Shown here one piece after another: positions 22,042-36,518 of a DNA stretch of 56,936 bases. The notes under the pieces are model-generated. The model was given only the letters and a program-made list of their open reading frames with translations. It made no database searches and was not told where the DNA came from. Source of the stretch: an uncultured Eubacteriales bacterium (lineage in GTDB: Bacteria; Bacillota; Peptococcia; Peptococcales; SKKY01); NCBI GenBank assembly GCA_964574445.1, contig CAZNNQ010000007.1, positions 1 through 56,936 of the forward strand, in the 5' to 3' direction. The translations under genes were made by a program, and so were the position numbers. The number at the start of each line of letters is the position of its first letter. Position 1 is the first letter of the stretch.

Positions 22042-22869
22042 CTATTTTCTTTTCTTAAGAATAAACTGATTGCTAAGATTTTTCTTTTTACGTGTTTTCT
22101 TACCGATTGCAACCTTACCCCAAGGAGTAACTGGTGCTTTACGTCCAATTGGAGCACGTCCTTCACCACCACCGTGTGGGTGATCGTTTGGATTCATAAC
22201 AGAACCACGAACTGTAGGTCTTTTACCTAACCAACGGCTTCTACCAGCTTTACCAATAGTAACGTTTTCATATGATAAATTACCAACTTGGCCGATTGTT
22301 GCACGACAAGTGATATGAACCATTCTAACTTCACCGGATGGCATTCTAATTTGAGCGTAGTTGCCTTCTTTAGCCATTAGCTGAATACTTCCACCTGCTG
22401 ATCTTGCTAATTGTCCACCTTTACCAGGCTTCAATTCAACGTTGTGGATGATAGTACCTACTGGAATGTTCTTTATCGGAAGAGCATTTCCAACTTTTAT
22501 ATCAGACTCAGGACCTGAGTAAATTACGTCTCCAACATTTAAGCCATTTGGAGCTATAATATATCTTTTTTCTCCATCTAAGTAAGTGATTAAAGCAATA
22601 TTAGCTGATCTGTTAGGATCATATTCAATAGTACTTACTTTACCTGGAATTACATCCTTTGTTCTTTTGAAATCAATAATTCTGTATTTTCTCTTATGGC
22701 CACCACCATGGTGACGCACTGTGATTTTACCCCTAGCATTTCTTCCTGCATGTTTCTTTAAAGGTACTACCAATGATTTTTCTGGAGTATCAGTAGTAAT
22801 TTCCTTAAATGACAAAACTGTCATATGTCTTCTTGCAGGAGATGTAGGTTTAAAACTCTTTATAGACAT
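22042..22869 (-). CDS. rplB: 50S ribosomal protein L2
   Basis: [21 protein letters not shown]. Confidence 0.99.
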   Translation of the reverse strand: MSIKSFKPTSPARRHMTVLSFKEITTDTPEKSLVVPLKKHAGRNARGKITVRHHGGGHKRKYRIIDFKRTKDVIPGKVSTIEYDPNRSANIALITYLDGEKRYIIAPNGLNVGDVIYSGPESDIKVGNALPIKNIPVGTIIHNVELKPGKGGQLARSAGGSIQLMAKEGNYAQIRMPSGEVRMVHITCRATIGQVGNLSYENVTIGKAGRSRWLGKRPTVRGSVMNPNDHPHGGGEGRAPIGRKAPVTPWGKVAIGKKTRKKKNLSNQFILKKRK

Positions 22870-22902
22870 TAACCTTACCTCCTAATCAAAATTTCAGGTT
22901 TT

Positions 22903-23190
22903 TTACAGTCCTTCAAAAACTTCAATCTGCTGTCCTTCTTTTAAAGTTACAATAGCTTTTTTCCAGCTAGCAGTCTTCCCTTCAGAACGACCCATTCTTT
23001 TTAGTTTTCCTCTAACATTCATAGTGGAAACGTTAACTACGTTAACTTTAAAAATGTCCTGAATTGCGTTTTTGATTTCAAATTTGTTAGCGCCTTTTGC
23101 TACTCTGAAAGTATATTTTCCTTCTTCCATCATAGATACAGTTTTCTCTGTAATAACTGGCTTTATAATAATATCGTATGAATTTTTCAT
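22903..23190 (-). CDS. rplW: 50S ribosomal protein L23
   Basis: PVITEK, WKKAIVTL. Confidence 0.98.
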   Translation of the reverse strand: MKNSYDIIIKPVITEKTVSMMEEGKYTFRVAKGANKFEIKNAIQDIFKVNVVNVSTMNVRGKLKRMGRSEGKTASWKKAIVTLKEGQQIEVFEGL

Positions 23191-23813
23191 CTGGAAAGCA
23201 CCTCCTCTGTCTTGGCAACTGCTTCCTGAGTGATTATAAGCTTTTTATGGCTGATTATATCGTAAACATTTAATTCTTCAGAAGTTGTATAAGTAATTCC
23301 TGGAAGATTGCTTACAGATTTTCCAATGTTAAAATCTTCGTCTGCAGTAACAACTAATGCTTTACCTTCGTTATTAAGAGCAGTCAAAATTTTAATCATA
23401 TCTTTTGTTTTTGGCTGTTCCATAGAAAGTGCATCAAGAATGACAATGTCTTCTGTTAAAACTTTATCACTTAATACAGATTTAAGAGCTAATCTTCTCT
23501 TTTTCTTTGGAATGCTGTAAGAATAGCTTCTTGGCTTCGGTCCAAAAGTAATTGAACCACCACGCCATAATGGAGATCTAATAGTACCTGCTCTTGCTCT
23601 TCCAGTACCTTTTTGTCTCCAGGGCTTACGTCCGCCACCTCTTACTTCTCCTCTGTGCTTTGTTGAAGATGTTCCTCTTCTCATGCTGGCTAGCTGCATT
23701 ACCACAGCTTCGTGAACAACACTTTCATTAGGTTCTATCCCAAAAATCTCTTCACTCAACTGTACTTGGCCAACCTCATTGCCTTCTATGTTAAATAATT
23801 TCACACTTGGCAT
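23187..23813 (-). CDS. rplD: 50S ribosomal protein L4
   Basis: GGGRKPWRQKGTGRARAG. Confidence 0.99.
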   Translation of the reverse strand: MPSVKLFNIEGNEVGQVQLSEEIFGIEPNESVVHEAVVMQLASMRRGTSSTKHRGEVRGGGRKPWRQKGTGRARAGTIRSPLWRGGSITFGPKPRSYSYSIPKKKRRLALKSVLSDKVLTEDIVILDALSMEQPKTKDMIKILTALNNEGKALVVTADEDFNIGKSVSNLPGITYTTSEELNVYDIISHKKLIITQEAVAKTEEVLSR

Positions 23814-23844
23814 TTCATTTCCTCCTTCCTGCTGGTATCTATTC

Positions 23845-24471
23845 CTATGACTTCACTGATTTCTTAATTGTAATTAACGTTTTTCTTGCACCTGGAACTG
23901 AACCTTTAATTAAAATCAGATTCTTTTCCATGTCAACTTTTATTACTTCCAAACCTTGAACTGTTATTTTGTCTTTACCCATATGTCCTGGAAGTTTTTT
24001 ACCTTTAAATACTCTGTTTGGACCTAAAGCTCCAATTGAACCTGGTTTTCTATGATGTCTTGAACCGTGAGACATTGGTCCTCTGCTAAAGTTGTGTCTT
24101 TTAATAACACCTTGAGTTCCTTTACCTTTACTAGTTCCAGTTACATCAACCATATCTCCAGCTTGGAAAACATCAACCTTAATCTCATGTCCTAATGGAT
24201 ATTGAGCTAAGTCATCAACTTTAACTTCTCTTAAATATCTAAGTGGAGCTATTCCAGCTTTTGCGAACTGACCTTTATCTGGTTTGTTTGCATTCTTTTC
24301 TTTGATACTACCATAACCAACTTTTACAGCCTGGTAGCCATCATTCTCAATGTCCTTTTGCTGAACCACTATACATGGTCCTGCTTCTACAACTGTAACA
24401 GGGATTAATCTTCCCTCTGTGTCAAATACTTGTGTCATTCCTATTTTTTTTCCTAAAATCATATCTCTCAT
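23845..24471 (-). CDS. rplC: 50S ribosomal protein L3
   Basis: [23 protein letters not shown]. Start reassigned to ATG 24471. Confidence 0.98.
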   Translation of the reverse strand: MRDMILGKKIGMTQVFDTEGRLIPVTVVEAGPCIVVQQKDIENDGYQAVKVGYGSIKEKNANKPDKGQFAKAGIAPLRYLREVKVDDLAQYPLGHEIKVDVFQAGDMVDVTGTSKGKGTQGVIKRHNFSRGPMSHGSRHHRKPGSIGALGPNRVFKGKKLPGHMGKDKITVQGLEVIKVDMEKNLILIKGSVPGARKTLITIKKSVKS

Positions 24472-24489
24472 CCTATCCACCTCCCAATA

Positions 24490-24798
24490 TTAGAGTTTAA
24501 TCTCGATATCCACACCAGAAGGCAAGTCTAATCTCATTAATGAATCAACAGTCTTTGGTGTAGGATCAAGAATGTCAATTAGTCTCTTATGCGTTCTCAT
24601 TTCGAACTGCTCTCTCGAGTCTTTATTAACATGAGGTGATCTTAAAATTGTGAAAACGTTCTTCTCAGTTGGAAGAGGTATCGGACCCGATACCGTAGCA
24701 CCTGTTTTCTTTGCAGTTTCTACAATTTTCTGTGCTGATTGATCAATTATTTTGTGATCAAATGCCTTTAATCTGATTCTGATTTTTTGTTTCGCCAT
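24490..24798 (-). CDS. rpsJ: 30S ribosomal protein S10
   Basis: [24 protein letters not shown]. Confidence 0.99.
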   Translation of the reverse strand: MAKQKIRIRLKAFDHKIIDQSAQKIVETAKKTGATVSGPIPLPTEKNVFTILRSPHVNKDSREQFEMRTHKRLIDILDPTPKTVDSLMRLDLPSGVDIEIKL

Positions 24799-24805
24799 TT
24801 TCATT

Positions 24806-24912
24806 CCTCCTTACCGCCCGATTTTCGGACATTCTCAACGGAAATTAACTTGTCCACGGTGTCTGGCGTATCATCGCGTCAACAACCTTCCGCCTCATCG
24901 CACTTCGTGCAT
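24806..24912 (-). ncRNA. Structured S10-operon leader RNA (Firmicute type)
   Basis: GC-rich 5' UTR CGATGAGGCGGAAGGTTG.TGAC...TTTCCGTTGAGAATGTC...GGGCGG-AAGGAGG, resembling the B. subtilis rpsJ leader. Not model-scored. Confidence 0.65.
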
Positions 24913-24920
24913 ACCCTATT

Positions 24921-24948
24921 ATTATATACATAATTTAGCATTTGTCTA
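24921..24948 (-). promoter_or_regulatory. Putative sigma-A promoter of the S10 operon
   Basis: TAGACA-16-TATAAT. Confidence 0.55.
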
Positions 24949-24969
24949 TATTTTTAATGAAAAAAAGTT

Positions 24970-25005
24970 AAAAATCAGGACAAGTTTTTCAACTCATCCT
25001 GATTT
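24970..25005 (-). terminator. Intrinsic terminator after tuf (str operon)
   Basis: AAATCAGGA...TCCTGATTTTT. Confidence 0.75.
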
Positions 25006-25025
25006 GGTTTTTTTTATAGTATTTC

Positions 25026-26216
25026 TTACTCGTTAATACCTGATACAACGCCGGCGCCAACTGTTCTTCCACCCTCACGGATAGCGAATCTTAGTCCTGG
25101 CTCGATTGCGATTGGTGTGATTAATTCGATATCCATTTTGATGTTATCTCCTGGCATAATCATTTCTACACCTTCTGGCATTGAAATTGAGCCTGTTACG
25201 TCTGTTGTTCTGAAGTAAAACTGTGGTCTGTATCCATTAAAGAATGGTGTATGTCTTCCGCCCTCTTCTTTTGTTAGTACATATACTTCTCCAGAAAACT
25301 TTGTGTGAGGTTTGATTGAACCTGGCTTAGCTAAAACCTGGCCTCTGATTATATCTTTTCTGTCAACACCTCTTAATAATGCTCCAATGTTATCTCCTGC
25401 TTGTGCATAGTCTAACAACTTACGGAACATTTCTACTCCTGTTACTACAGTTTTTCTTGGTGCTTCTGAAAGACCAACGATCTCTACTTCTTCACCAACT
25501 CTAACTTCTCCTCTTTCAACTCTACCTGTTGCAACTGTTCCACGACCTGTAATTGAGAAAACGTCCTCTACTGGCATTAAGAATGGTTTGTCGATTGCAC
25601 GCTCTGGAGTTGGAATGTAGTCATCTACTGCTTGCATTAATTCTAGAACTTTATCTGCCCATGGGCCATTTGGATCTTCTAATGCTTTTAAGCCTGATCC
25701 TCTGATTACTGGAATATCGTCTCCAGGGAATTCATACATGCTTAGAAGTTCTCTTACTTCCATTTCTACTAACTCTAATAATTCTTCGTCATCAACCATG
25801 TCAGCTTTGTTTAACCATACAACAATATATGGTACTCCTACCTGACGTGCAAGAAGGATATGTTCTCTTGTTTGTGGCATTGGGCCATCTGCTGCACTTA
25901 CTACTAGGATTGCTCCGTCCATTTGAGCTGCTCCAGTGATCATGTTTTTTACATAGTCAGCGTGACCTGGACAGTCTACGTGAGCATAGTGTCTGTTATC
26001 TGTTTCGTATTCTACGTGAGCTGTATTAATTGTAATACCTCTCTCTTTTTCTTCTGGTGCCTTGTCAATTTCATCAAACTTTGACATTTTTGCCATTCCT
26101 TTTGTTGCCAATACAGCTGTGATTGCTGCTGTTGTAGTTGTTTTACCATGGTCAACGTGACCAATAGTTCCGATATTAACGTGGGGTTTTGTTCTTTCAA
26201 ATTTAGCTTTAGCCAT
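25026..26216 (-). CDS. tuf: Elongation factor Tu (str-operon copy)
   Basis: [17 protein letters not shown]. Downstream of fusA. Confidence 0.99.
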   Translation of the reverse strand: MAKAKFERTKPHVNIGTIGHVDHGKTTTTAAITAVLATKGMAKMSKFDEIDKAPEEKERGITINTAHVEYETDNRHYAHVDCPGHADYVKNMITGAAQMDGAILVVSAADGPMPQTREHILLARQVGVPYIVVWLNKADMVDDEELLELVEMEVRELLSMYEFPGDDIPVIRGSGLKALEDPNGPWADKVLELMQAVDDYIPTPERAIDKPFLMPVEDVFSITGRGTVATGRVERGEVRVGEEVEIVGLSEAPRKTVVTGVEMFRKLLDYAQAGDNIGALLRGVDRKDIIRGQVLAKPGSIKPHTKFSGEVYVLTKEEGGRHTPFFNGYRPQFYFRTTDVTGSISMPEGVEMIMPGDNIKMDIELITPIAIEPGLRFAIREGGRTVGAGVVSGINE

Positions 26217-26240
26217 TTTATTTTTTCCTCCCTTAAAGTT

Positions 26241-28316
26241 TTATTTACCCATTCTTTTTGCTGCAATTTCTTCAGCAATATTTCTAGGAACTTCTTTATA
26301 GTGATCAAATTGCATAGTATATATTCCGCGACCTTGAGTCTTAGATCTAAGATCAGTTGCATAACCAAACATCTCAGATAAAGGAACATAACCTCTTACA
26401 ACTTGTGTGTTTCCTCTTGGTTCCATTCCCTCAATTTGTCCTCTTCTTGAGTTCATGTCACCCATTACATCACCTGTGTTATCTTCTGGAACCTGAACTT
26501 CAACTTTCATATATGGTTCTAAAAGAACTGGCTTTGCCTTTTGGGCTGCATTTTTAAATGCCATTGATCCAGCTACTTTAAATGCCATTTCTGAGGAGTC
26601 AACGTCATGATATGAGCCATCTACAAGAGTTGCCTTCATATCTACCATTTGATATCCTGCAATAACACCTGTTTGTAATGCTTCTCTAATACCTGCTTCA
26701 ATTGGTCCAATGTATTCCTTAGGAACAACACCACCAACAATTTTACTTTCAAATACAAATCCTGTGCCGCTTTCAATTGGCTCAAGTTCAATAACAGCGT
26801 GGCCATATTGACCTCTACCACCAGACTGTCTTACAAACTTACCTTCAGACTTAACTTTTTCAGTAATAGTTTCTTTGTAAGCAACTTGTGGCTTACCAAC
26901 TTTAGCATCAACCTTAAACTCTCTTAGAAGTCGGTCAACGATAATCTCAAGGTGAAGTTCACCCATACCTGCGATTATAACCTGTCCAGTTTCTTCATCT
27001 GAATAAGTTTTAAATGTTGGATCTTCTTCTGCTAATTTTGATAATGCAAGACCCATCTTTTCCTGGTCAGCTTTTGTAGCAGGTTCGATAGCAACCCTAA
27101 TAACCGGCTCTGGGAATACCATTGATTCAAGTATAATTGGATTTTCTTCAGCTGAAAGTGTATCTCCAGTTGTTGTATCTTTAAGACCAACTGCTGCTGC
27201 GATTTCTCCAGCATGAACTTCATTTATTTCTACTCTGCTATTTGCATGCATCTGAAGAATTCTTCCGATACGCTCTCTTTTTCCTTTAGTAGAGTTATAA
27301 ACATATGAACCGGACTTAAGTACTCCAGAATATACTCTAAAATAAGAAAGTCTTCCTACAAAAGGATCTGTCATGATTTTAAATGCAAGGGCTGAGAAAG
27401 GCTCATTGTCTGAAGACTTTCTTTCATCCTCTTCATCAGTATCAGGATTAATCCCTCCGATAGCAGGAACATCCGTTGGAGCTGGCATATATTCAACAAC
27501 TGCATCCAAAAGTCTTTGAACACCTTTGTTTTTAAATGAAGAACCACAACATACCGGAATAATTTTAACTCCAACTGTTGCTTTTCTGATACCAGCATTG
27601 ATTTCATCTATTGTAAGCTCTTCGCCCTCAAGATACTTCATCATTAACTCTTCATCAGTTTCTGCTACAGCTTCAAGTAATTTTTCTCTATATTCTGCAG
27701 TAATTTCTGCTAAATCTGCAGGAATATCTCTTTCTTCTGTATTCCCTTTTTCATCTATATAGTAAAAAGCTTTGTTTAAAACAAGGTCTATTAATCCATC
27801 AAAATGATCTTCTGCTCCAATTGGAACTTGAAGAGGTATTGGATTAGCTCCAAGTTTTTCTTTAATTTGACCAACTACATTGAAAAAATCAGAACCTACA
27901 CGGTCCATTTTATTTATATAGGCAATCCTAGGTACTTTATACTTATCTGCCTGACGCCAAACTGTTTCTGATTGAGGCTCAACACCACCTACAGCACAAA
28001 AAACAGCAACAGCACCATCAAGAACTCTCAAAGAACGTTCAACTTCTACTGTGAAGTCAACGTGTCCCGGGGTGTCTATGATGTTTATTCTGTGGTCTTT
28101 CCACTGACAAGTAGTAGCAGCTGAAGTGATTGTGATACCTCTTTCCTGCTCTTGAACCATCCAGTCCATTGTAGCAGCACCATCGTGAACTTCACCAATT
28201 TTGTGAGTTCTTCCAGTGAAGAAAAGTATCCTTTCAGTTGTTGTAGTTTTACCTGCATCGATATGAGCCATGATCCCTATATTTCTGGTTTTTTCAATAG
28301 GAAACTCTCTTGCCAC
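26241..28316 (-). CDS. fusA: Elongation factor G
   Basis: [19 protein letters not shown]. True start GTG 28316 after GAAGGAG (691 aa). Confidence 0.99.
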   Translation of the reverse strand: MAREFPIEKTRNIGIMAHIDAGKTTTTERILFFTGRTHKIGEVHDGAATMDWMVQEQERGITITSAATTCQWKDHRINIIDTPGHVDFTVEVERSLRVLDGAVAVFCAVGGVEPQSETVWRQADKYKVPRIAYINKMDRVGSDFFNVVGQIKEKLGANPIPLQVPIGAEDHFDGLIDLVLNKAFYYIDEKGNTEERDIPADLAEITAEYREKLLEAVAETDEELMMKYLEGEELTIDEINAGIRKATVGVKIIPVCCGSSFKNKGVQRLLDAVVEYMPAPTDVPAIGGINPDTDEEDERKSSDNEPFSALAFKIMTDPFVGRLSYFRVYSGVLKSGSYVYNSTKGKRERIGRILQMHANSRVEINEVHAGEIAAAVGLKDTTTGDTLSAEENPIILESMVFPEPVIRVAIEPATKADQEKMGLALSKLAEEDPTFKTYSDEETGQVIIAGMGELHLEIIVDRLLREFKVDAKVGKPQVAYKETITEKVKSEGKFVRQSGGRGQYGHAVIELEPIESGTGFVFESKIVGGVVPKEYIGPIEAGIREALQTGVIAGYQMVDMKATLVDGSYHDVDSSEMAFKVAGSMAFKNAAQKAKPVLLEPYMKVEVQVPEDNTGDVMGDMNSRRGQIEGMEPRGNTQVVRGYVPLSEMFGYATDLRSKTQGRGIYTMQFDHYKEVPRNIAEEIAAKRMGK

Positions 28317-28344
28317 TTTAATTATCTCTCCTTCAGGATTCAAT

Positions 28345-28818
<474 letters not shown>

Positions 28819-28841
28819 CTAAACCCCCACTTATTTTCATA

Positions 28842-29222
28842 TTATTTTTTAACTTTTGGTTTCTTTGTACCGTATTTTGAACGGCTTTGTGTTCTGTTTT
28901 GAACACCTGCTGCATCTAATGTTCCACGAACCAAGTGATAACGAACACCTGGTAAGTCTTTTACTCTTCCACCTCTAACAAGAACAACACTGTGTTCCTG
29001 AAGATTGTGTCCAATTCCTGGAATATATGTTGTAACCTCTAAGCCATTAGTTAATTTAACTCTGGCTACTTTACGAAGAGCTGAGTTTGGCTTCTTTGGA
29101 GTTGTTGTATAAACTCTGGTACAAACACCTCTTTTTTGAGGATTGCTTTTTAATGCTGGCGCTGTAGATTTTTTAACGATTTTTTTTCTACCTTTGCGTA
29201 CTAATTGACTGATTGTTGGCAT
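28842..29222 (-). CDS. rpsL: 30S ribosomal protein S12
   Basis: [28 protein letters not shown]. Lacks the Bacilli-type insertion. Confidence 0.99.
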   Translation of the reverse strand: MPTISQLVRKGRKKIVKKSTAPALKSNPQKRGVCTRVYTTTPKKPNSALRKVARVKLTNGLEVTTYIPGIGHNLQEHSVVLVRGGRVKDLPGVRYHLVRGTLDAAGVQNRTQSRSKYGTKKPKVKK

Positions 29223-29276
29223 CAATCGCACCTCCTTCCCTATTAAGGATTATAAGAATTGGATGAAGATTAATAA

Positions 29277-29528
29277 TTAACCTTCATCCGTTACTTTTAA
29301 TAATGCTGCTGTAGCTGCTCCCACATCAATACCGAAAGCTTTTCCAAGCTCTACCATGGTAGGAACGAAAACTACTTGTACGTTACCTTCTTTGGCTGTT
29401 TTCTGAACATCGCTTACTATTCTTTCCTCAGCATCTCTGGCAATATAAACCGCCTTAACTTCACCATTTTTTAAAGCTCTCAGAGTTTGCTTAGTACCAA
29501 TGACCTTGTGCCCGATTAAATTCGACAT
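29277..29528 (-). CDS. ybxF: L7Ae family K-turn-binding protein (YbxF/RplGB)
   Basis: IGTKQTLRAL, V.IA.DAE, ELGKAFGIDVGA. Upstream of rpsL. Confidence 0.92.
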   Translation of the reverse strand: MSNLIGHKVIGTKQTLRALKNGEVKAVYIARDAEERIVSDVQKTAKEGNVQVVFVPTMVELGKAFGIDVGAATAALLKVTDEG

Positions 29529-29587
29529 CTAAAGCTCACTCTCTTTCATTGAATCTTTTTTTTAGTTTCTTGCACACACACTAGGGT

Positions 29588-29616
29588 ATTTTATCATTGC
29601 ACTTTTCTAGTGTCAA
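29588..29616 (-). promoter_or_regulatory. Sigma-A promoter of the str operon
   Basis: TTGACA-17-TAAAAT with TGn extension. Confidence 0.85.
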
Positions 29617-29624
29617 GAATTTAG

Positions 29625-32600
29625 TTATTCATCATCAATAATAGAAATTATTTCCTCTTCTTGCTGAGTTTTTTCTATTTTGATCTTTCTGTAATAATTT
29701 GTTCCAGTTCCCGCTGGAATAAGTTTACCGATGATAACGTTTTCTTTTAAACCGATAAGTGGATCTTCTTTGCCTTTAATAGCTGCATCTGTAAGAACTC
29801 TTGTCGTTTCTTGGAAGCTGGCTGCAGATAAGAATGAGTCCGTTGCAAGGGAAGCTTTAGTTATACCAAGTAAAACTGCACTTGCTGTTGCTCTCTCCCC
29901 ACCTTCTTCAGTAACCTTATCATTTGTATTCTGGAATTCAAGTGCATCAACAAGTCCGCCTGGAAGAAAATCAGTATCATTTGAATCTTCAACTTTTACT
30001 TTCCTTAGCATTTGGCGAACAATAACTTCAATATGCTTATCATTAATGTCAACACCCTGCATCCTATAAACCTTTTGTACTTCTTGAAGAAGATAATCCT
30101 GAACTCCTCTAGATCCCTTGATTCTTAGTAAATCATGAGGATTTACTGAACCTTCTGTAAGAATATCTCCGGCTTGAACGAAGTCGCCTTCTTTTACTCT
30201 AAGCCTTGAGCCTTGAAGTATTGGATACATTTCTGCTATTCCATCTTCGGAAACTATAGTAACTTCTTTCTTCCTATCTTCTTCTTTTATTTTAACAGTA
30301 CCAGATATCTCAGTAATTACTGCAAGACCTTTAGGTTTCCTTGCTTCGAATAGTTCCTCGATTCTTGGAAGACCCTGAGTGATATCGCCTCCGGCAACAC
30401 CACCTGTGTGGAATGTTCTCATTGTTAACTGTGTTCCAGGTTCACCGATTGATTGAGCTGCTATAATACCTACTGCTTCACCAATCTCTGCTTGAAGACC
30501 TGTTGCCAAGTTAATTCCATAACACTTGCGACAAACTCCATGTTTTGATTTACAAGTAAGAGCTGTTCTTATTCCAACCTTTTTATATCCAGACTTGATT
30601 AGTCTTTCAGCAGCATCCACACTAATAATTGTATTTTTTGCTACTATTAATTCACCAGTTTCAGGATCTGTAAGGTCTTTAAGAGCTGTTCTGCCTTCTA
30701 TTCTTTCTTGAAGTTCCTCGATTATTTCATTTCCATCTTGAATATCAACTACTTCTATTCCTTCTTCAGTACCACAATCATCTTCTCTTACAATTAAGTC
30801 TTGTGAAACGTCTACCAGTCTTCTTGTTAAGTAACCAGAATCTGCAGTTCTAAGCGCTGTATCCGCAAGACCTTTTCTTGCACCGTGAGTAGAGATAAAG
30901 TATTCAAGTATTGTTAAACCTTCACGGAAGTTAGATTTAATTGGAAGTTCAATTGTTTTACCAGAAGGGTCTGCCATAAGTCCCCTCATACCAGCTAGCT
31001 GACGGATCTGCTGAATGTTACCCCTTGCTCCAGATTCAGCCATCATGTTGATGTTGTTGTCTAAATCAAGGTGTTTAAGAAGCTCTGTAGTTAGCTCTTC
31101 TGTTGTTAACTCCCAGGTTTTAATAATACTATTGTATCTTTCTTCTTCAGTGATAATACCTCTTCTGAATTTCTTCTGAATTACATCTACTTTTTCATCT
31201 GCTTCTTCAAGAAGTTTTGCTTTTATAGAAGGAACTTTTATGTCGTCAACACTGATTGTAATTCCTGCTTTTGTTGAGTATTTGAATCCTTGTGATTTTA
31301 TTCCATCAAGCATTTCTGCTGTTTTGCTGGCACCAAGAATTTCAAATGCTCTTCCTACAAGTTTACCAAGTTCTTTCTTTCTCATTGGAGTATTGAAAAA
31401 TCCTATTTCTGTTGGAACTACTCCGTTAAATATTACTCTTCCAACAGTAGTTTCTAGGAACTCACCTTTTTTAAGAAGCTCTTTACTTTTTGTATCAATA
31501 ATCAATAAATCTTCTGGTATTTTTACTCTGATTTTTGCATGAATACTAACAACATCATTATCATAAGCAAGGGCAACATCTTCAAAATTAATAAAAGATT
31601 TTCCTTCGCCTAGCTGATTTTCCTTAGAAATAGTCATGTAGTAAGAACCAAGAATTAAATCCTGAGTCGGTGTTACTACTGGCTTGCCATCTTTAGGGTT
31701 CAAGATATTGTTTGAAGCTAGCATCAATAATCTTGCTTCTGATTGAGCCTCTGCACTTAATGGTACGTGTACCGCCATCTGGTCACCATCGAAGTCAGCG
31801 TTATATGCTGTACATACAAGTGGGTGCAGTTTAAGTGCTCTACCTTCAACAAGAACTGGTTCGAAGGCTTGAATACCTAGTCTATGAAGAGTAGGTGCTC
31901 TGTTAAGTAAAACTGGATGATCTTTAATTACACTTTCAAGTACATCCCATACTTTAGGATGTCCTGCTTCAACCATTCTTTTAGCATTCTTTATATTCTG
32001 TGCGAAATCTTCTTCTACTAATTTTTTCATAACGAATGGCTTGAATAACTCTAGAGCCATTTCTTTTGGTAAACCACATTGGTGCATTTTTAAGTTAGGA
32101 CCAATAACAATAACTGATCTTCCTGAGTAGTCAACACGTTTTCCAAGAAGGTTCTGTCTAAATCTACCTTGCTTACCTTTTAGCATGTCACTAAGAGATT
32201 TTAAAGGCCTGTTTCCTGGACCAGTAACTGGTCTGCCTCTTCTGCCGTTATCTATTAAAGCGTCAACAGCTTCCTGAAGCATTCTTTTTTCGTTTCTAAC
32301 TATTATATCTGGAGCATCAAGGTCCAGTAGTCTTTTTAATCTATTATTTCTGTTAATTACTCTTCTATATAGATCGTTTAAATCTGAAGTTGCAAACCTA
32401 CCACCATCTAGTTGAACCATAGGACGAAGGTCTGGTGGTAATACGGGAAGCACTTCAAGAATCATCCAGTTAGGCTCATTTGTTGATTTTTGGAAAGCCT
32501 CAACAACTTCAAGTCTTCTTGTAGCTCTGATTCTTCTCTGACCAGTTGTGTCTCTAATTTCAGCCCTTAGGTCTTTGTGAAGAGATTCTAAATCCATTCT

Positions 32601-33140
32601 CTTTAACAGATTTAAAATTGCCTCGGCACCAATTCCAGCATCAAATTTATCTCCGTAGTTTTCACGGTACTCTCTATATTCATTTTCAGATAAGATCTGC
32701 TTTTCTGTTAGTGGAGTATCTCCTGGATCTATTACGATGAAGGATACAAAATAAATTATTTTTTCTAGGATTCTTGGCGAAACATCTAGCAGAAGTCCAA
32801 GTCTGCTTGGAATTCCCTTTAAATACCAGATGTGAGCACAAGGTGCTGCAAGTTCAATATGTCCCAATCTTTCTCTTCTAACTTTGGAACGAGTTACTTC
32901 AACGCCACAACGGTCACAAATAACACCTTTGTAACGAATTCTTTTATATTTTCCACAATGACATTCCCAGTCCTTTGTGGGTCCGAAGATTTTTTCACAG
33001 AAAAGACCTTCTTTTTCCGGTTTTAATGTACGGTAGTTAATAGTCTCGGGCTTTTTTACTTCCCCGCTTGACCAGGACCTCATCTTTTCAGGTGATGCCA
33101 ATCCTATCTTCATTCGATCAAAATTGTTTAAATCAAGCAA
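29625..33140 (-). CDS. rpoC: RNA polymerase beta' subunit
   Basis: NADFDGD active site, N-terminal Zn finger, QLTMRTFH. Confidence 0.99.
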   Translation of the reverse strand: MLDLNNFDRMKIGLASPEKMRSWSSGEVKKPETINYRTLKPEKEGLFCEKIFGPTKDWECHCGKYKRIRYKGVICDRCGVEVTRSKVRRERLGHIELAAPCAHIWYLKGIPSRLGLLLDVSPRILEKIIYFVSFIVIDPGDTPLTEKQILSENEYREYRENYGDKFDAGIGAEAILNLLKRMDLESLHKDLRAEIRDTTGQRRIRATRRLEVVEAFQKSTNEPNWMILEVLPVLPPDLRPMVQLDGGRFATSDLNDLYRRVINRNNRLKRLLDLDAPDIIVRNEKRMLQEAVDALIDNGRRGRPVTGPGNRPLKSLSDMLKGKQGRFRQNLLGKRVDYSGRSVIVIGPNLKMHQCGLPKEMALELFKPFVMKKLVEEDFAQNIKNAKRMVEAGHPKVWDVLESVIKDHPVLLNRAPTLHRLGIQAFEPVLVEGRALKLHPLVCTAYNADFDGDQMAVHVPLSAEAQSEARLLMLASNNILNPKDGKPVVTPTQDLILGSYYMTISKENQLGEGKSFINFEDVALAYDNDVVSIHAKIRVKIPEDLLIIDTKSKELLKKGEFLETTVGRVIFNGVVPTEIGFFNTPMRKKELGKLVGRAFEILGASKTAEMLDGIKSQGFKYSTKAGITISVDDIKVPSIKAKLLEEADEKVDVIQKKFRRGIITEEERYNSIIKTWELTTEELTTELLKHLDLDNNINMMAESGARGNIQQIRQLAGMRGLMADPSGKTIELPIKSNFREGLTILEYFISTHGARKGLADTALRTADSGYLTRRLVDVSQDLIVREDDCGTEEGIEVVDIQDGNEIIEELQERIEGRTALKDLTDPETGELIVAKNTIISVDAAERLIKSGYKKVGIRTALTCKSKHGVCRKCYGINLATGLQAEIGEAVGIIAAQSIGEPGTQLTMRTFHTGGVAGGDITQGLPRIEELFEARKPKGLAVITEISGTVKIKEEDRKKEVTIVSEDGIAEMYPILQGSRLRVKEGDFVQAGDILTEGSVNPHDLLRIKGSRGVQDYLLQEVQKVYRMQGVDINDKHIEVIVRQMLRKVKVEDSNDTDFLPGGLVDALEFQNTNDKVTEEGGERATASAVLLGITKASLATDSFLSAASFQETTRVLTDAAIKGKEDPLIGLKENVIIGKLIPAGTGTNYYRKIKIEKTQQEEEIISIIDDE

Positions 33141-33170
33141 TTTGTTCGCTCCCTTCCCTGAAAAATTTAT

Positions 33171-36100
33171 TTATATCTCATCATCATCCAAAAACTCTTC
33201 TAAATCTTCTTCTGCTGGTTCTTCAATATCTTCTTCAGGGGCTTCAATGAATTTATCTTTCAATAATTCTTCTTCGTTCTTTTCCCCTTCAATTTCAAGC
33301 CCTAACTCTTTTGCTGTTTCTACAACATCATCATCACGATCTCTAATTTCAATTTCTTCATTGTCCTCAGAGAGAATCTTGATGTCTAAGGCAAGACTCT
33401 GTAATTCTTTAATAAGAACTTTGAAGGATTCTGGTACCCCAGGTTCTGGGATATTTTCTCCTTTTACTATTGACTCATAAGTTTTTACTCTTCCTACAAC
33501 GTCGTCAGATTTAACTGTAAGAATTTCTTGAAGGGTATAAGCTGCACCATAGGCCTCAAGAGCCCAAACTTCCATCTCACCGAATCTCTGACCACCAAAC
33601 TGAGCTTTACCACCCAATGGTTGTTGTGTAACAAGAGAATATGGTCCTGTTGAACGTGCGTGAATCTTGTCATCAACAAGATGGGCAAGTTTTAACATAT
33701 ACATATATCCAACAGTTACAGGATTATCAAAGTCTTCTCCACTTCTGCCGTCTCTTAGTTCAAATTTACCTGTTGCTGGTAAACCTGCTTTTTTAAGCAT
33801 TCCTGTTATATCTTCCTCATTTGCACCATCAAATACGCTAGTAGCTGTATGAATTCCAAGCTGTTTTGCGGCAATGCCCAGGTGAGTTTCTAGTACCTGA
33901 CCAATGTTCATTCTAGATGGTACCCCTAGAGGGTTAAGGACTATATCTACTGATCTTCCATCTGGCATAATTGGCATGTCTTCTTCAGGGATAATACGAG
34001 ATATAACACCCTTGTTACCATGACGTCCAGCCATTTTATCTCCAACTGAAAGTTTTCTTTTTTGTGCAATATAAACTCGTACTGTCTGGTTAACTCCAGG
34101 AGAGAGGTCAGCATTGTCTCTTGTAAACACCTTCACATCAACAATCTTTCCAGCTTCACCGTGAGGTACTTTAAGGGAAGTGTCTCTAACTTCTCTTGCC
34201 TTTTCTCCAAAGATAGCTCTTAACAGTTTTTCTTCGGCACTAAGGTCTGTTTCACCCTTTGGAGTAACTTTTCCTACTAATATATCTCCAGGTCTAACTT
34301 CAGCACCTATTCTGATAATTCCTCTATCATCCAGATTCTTTCTCATTTCTTCTGATACGTTAGGAACATCTCTTGTTATTTCTTCAGGTCCTAATTTTGT
34401 ATCCCTTGCATCTATTTCATATTCTTCAATATGAATTGAAGTATAATAATCTTCTTTTATCAGTCTTTCACTGATTAGGATCGCATCCTCGTAGTTATAA
34501 CCTTCCCAAGTCATAAATGCTACAAGTACATTATGACCTAGGGACAATTCACCCTTATCTGTGGATGGACCATCTGCAAGAACTTCACCTTTAAGAACTT
34601 TTTGTCCTTTTTTAACTAAAGGTTTTTGGTTAATACAAGTTCCTTGGTTTGATCTTTTAAATTTAAGTAAGTTATATTTATCAAGGAAACCATTTTCGTT
34701 TTTGACCAAGATTTCTTTTGCGCTTACGCTTTCAACAACACCTGATTCTTTGGCAATTGCCAATATACCAGAGTCATAAGCAGTTTTATATTCCATACCT
34801 GTTCCAACAAATGGAGCTTCTGTCCTCAATAAAGGTACTGCCTGACGTTGCATGTTAGCTCCCATAAGAGCACGGTTTGCATCATCATGTTCCAAGAAAG
34901 GAATTAATGCAGTCGCTACAGATACAACCTGCTTTGGAGATACGTCCATATAATCAAGCTGTTCAATATCTGCAACTATATTTTCATGTCCATGACGAGC
35001 ATTAACTTTTGAATTAAGGAAACTGCTGTCATCACCAAGAGGAGCGTTTGCCTGAGCAATAATGTACTTTTCTTCCTCATCGGCAGACATATATCTTATT
35101 TCATCTGTTACAATACCTTTTTCACTATTTACTACTCTGTAAGGAGCTTCAATAAATCCGTATTTATTAACTTTTGCAAAGTTACTTAAGGAGTTTATTA
35201 ATCCAATGTTTGGACCTTCTGGAGTCTCAATTGGACACATACGACTATAGTGAGAAAAGTGAACGTCACGGACTTCAAAGCCCGCTCTTTCTCTACTTAA
35301 ACCACCAGGTCCAAGGGCACTAAGTCTTCTTTTATGAGTCAACTCTGCTAATGGGTTAGTTTGGTCCATAAACTGAGACAACTGACTGCTTCCAAAAAAC
35401 TCTTTAATTGAAGCTACCACAGGTCTAATATTAATTAGTAAATGTGGTGAAATAGCTTCTGTATCTTGAATTGTCATTCTTTCTCTGACAACTCTTTCCA
35501 TTCTAGATAATCCGATTCTAAACTGATTCTGAAGTAATTCTCCAACAGAGCGAAGTCTTCTATTACCTAAGTGATCAATATCATCAATTAGACCTTCACC
35601 GTCAATAAGTCCAAGAAGATAACGGAAAACCTCGAAAATATCTTCTTTGGTGACGTGTCTAATTTCCTCTTCAACATTTAGACCTAATTTTTTATTTAAT
35701 TTATATCTTCCAACTCTCGCTAAATCATATCTTCTGGAATCAAAAAATAGTGAATTTAAGAGATTTCTTGCACTATCAACTGCAGGTGGTTCACCTGGAC
35801 GTAATCTTTTATAGATTTCTACTAAAGCTTCTGCTTCAGTTGTAGTGGCATCTTTTTCTAATGTATTCTGAACGTTTTTATTATTATCATAATTTTCTAA
35901 AATATTTACATTTGTACCCATACCAAGAGCACGAAGTAACACTGTAGCTGGTAATTTTCTTGTTCTGTCAATTCTTACGAACAATAAATTATTTGCATCA
36001 GTTTCAAACTCTAACCAGGCACCACGATTAGGGATAATTGTTGAACTTAAAAAGTTTTTGCCAGAAGGATCTGTATTCTTTGAAAAATACACTCCTGGAG

Positions 36101-36518
36101 AACGAACTAGCTGACTTACTATAACCCTTTCAGCACCATTGATGATAAAAGTTCCTGTGTCAGTCATTAAAGGAAGATCACCCATAAATACTTCCGATTC
36201 ATTGATTTCTCCCGTCTCTTTATTAATTAAACGAACCTTAAGACGAAGAGGAGCAGCGTAAGTTGCATCTCTTTCCTTACATTGTTCAATATCGTACTTG
36301 ATCGCATCTTCTTCTAGTCGACAATCAATATACTCAAGAATAAGATTGCCTGTAAAATCCTGAATTGGAAATATTTCTGTGAACACTTCCCTCAGACCAT
36401 TTGTTTTGAACCACTCATAAGATTTCTTCTGAATCTCAATCAGATCCGGCATTTCCATGTTCTCTCTGATTCTTGAAAAATTGTGTCTTTCTCTCAAAGC
36501 ATTAACTGGATAAAACAA
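33171..36518 (-). CDS. rpoB: RNA polymerase beta subunit
   Basis: [34 protein letters not shown]. Confidence 0.99.
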   Translation of the reverse strand: MFYPVNALRERHNFSRIRENMEMPDLIEIQKKSYEWFKTNGLREVFTEIFPIQDFTGNLILEYIDCRLEEDAIKYDIEQCKERDATYAAPLRLKVRLINKETGEINESEVFMGDLPLMTDTGTFIINGAERVIVSQLVRSPGVYFSKNTDPSGKNFLSSTIIPNRGAWLEFETDANNLLFVRIDRTRKLPATVLLRALGMGTNVNILENYDNNKNVQNTLEKDATTTEAEALVEIYKRLRPGEPPAVDSARNLLNSLFFDSRRYDLARVGRYKLNKKLGLNVEEEIRHVTKEDIFEVFRYLLGLIDGEGLIDDIDHLGNRRLRSVGELLQNQFRIGLSRMERVVRERMTIQDTEAISPHLLINIRPVVASIKEFFGSSQLSQFMDQTNPLAELTHKRRLSALGPGGLSRERAGFEVRDVHFSHYSRMCPIETPEGPNIGLINSLSNFAKVNKYGFIEAPYRVVNSEKGIVTDEIRYMSADEEEKYIIAQANAPLGDDSSFLNSKVNARHGHENIVADIEQLDYMDVSPKQVVSVATALIPFLEHDDANRALMGANMQRQAVPLLRTEAPFVGTGMEYKTAYDSGILAIAKESGVVESVSAKEILVKNENGFLDKYNLLKFKRSNQGTCINQKPLVKKGQKVLKGEVLADGPSTDKGELSLGHNVLVAFMTWEGYNYEDAILISERLIKEDYYTSIHIEEYEIDARDTKLGPEEITRDVPNVSEEMRKNLDDRGIIRIGAEVRPGDILVGKVTPKGETDLSAEEKLLRAIFGEKAREVRDTSLKVPHGEAGKIVDVKVFTRDNADLSPGVNQTVRVYIAQKRKLSVGDKMAGRHGNKGVISRIIPEEDMPIMPDGRSVDIVLNPLGVPSRMNIGQVLETHLGIAAKQLGIHTATSVFDGANEEDITGMLKKAGLPATGKFELRDGRSGEDFDNPVTVGYMYMLKLAHLVDDKIHARSTGPYSLVTQQPLGGKAQFGGQRFGEMEVWALEAYGAAYTLQEILTVKSDDVVGRVKTYESIVKGENIPEPGVPESFKVLIKELQSLALDIKILSEDNEEIEIRDRDDDVVETAKELGLEIEGEKNEEELLKDKFIEAPEEDIEEPAEEDLEEFLDDDEI

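Noticed and set aside
28842-35420. Streptomycin (rpsL) or rifampicin (rpoB cluster I) resistance alleles
   Set aside because: [15 protein letters not shown] and [26 protein letters not shown] read as wild-type at the usual positions.
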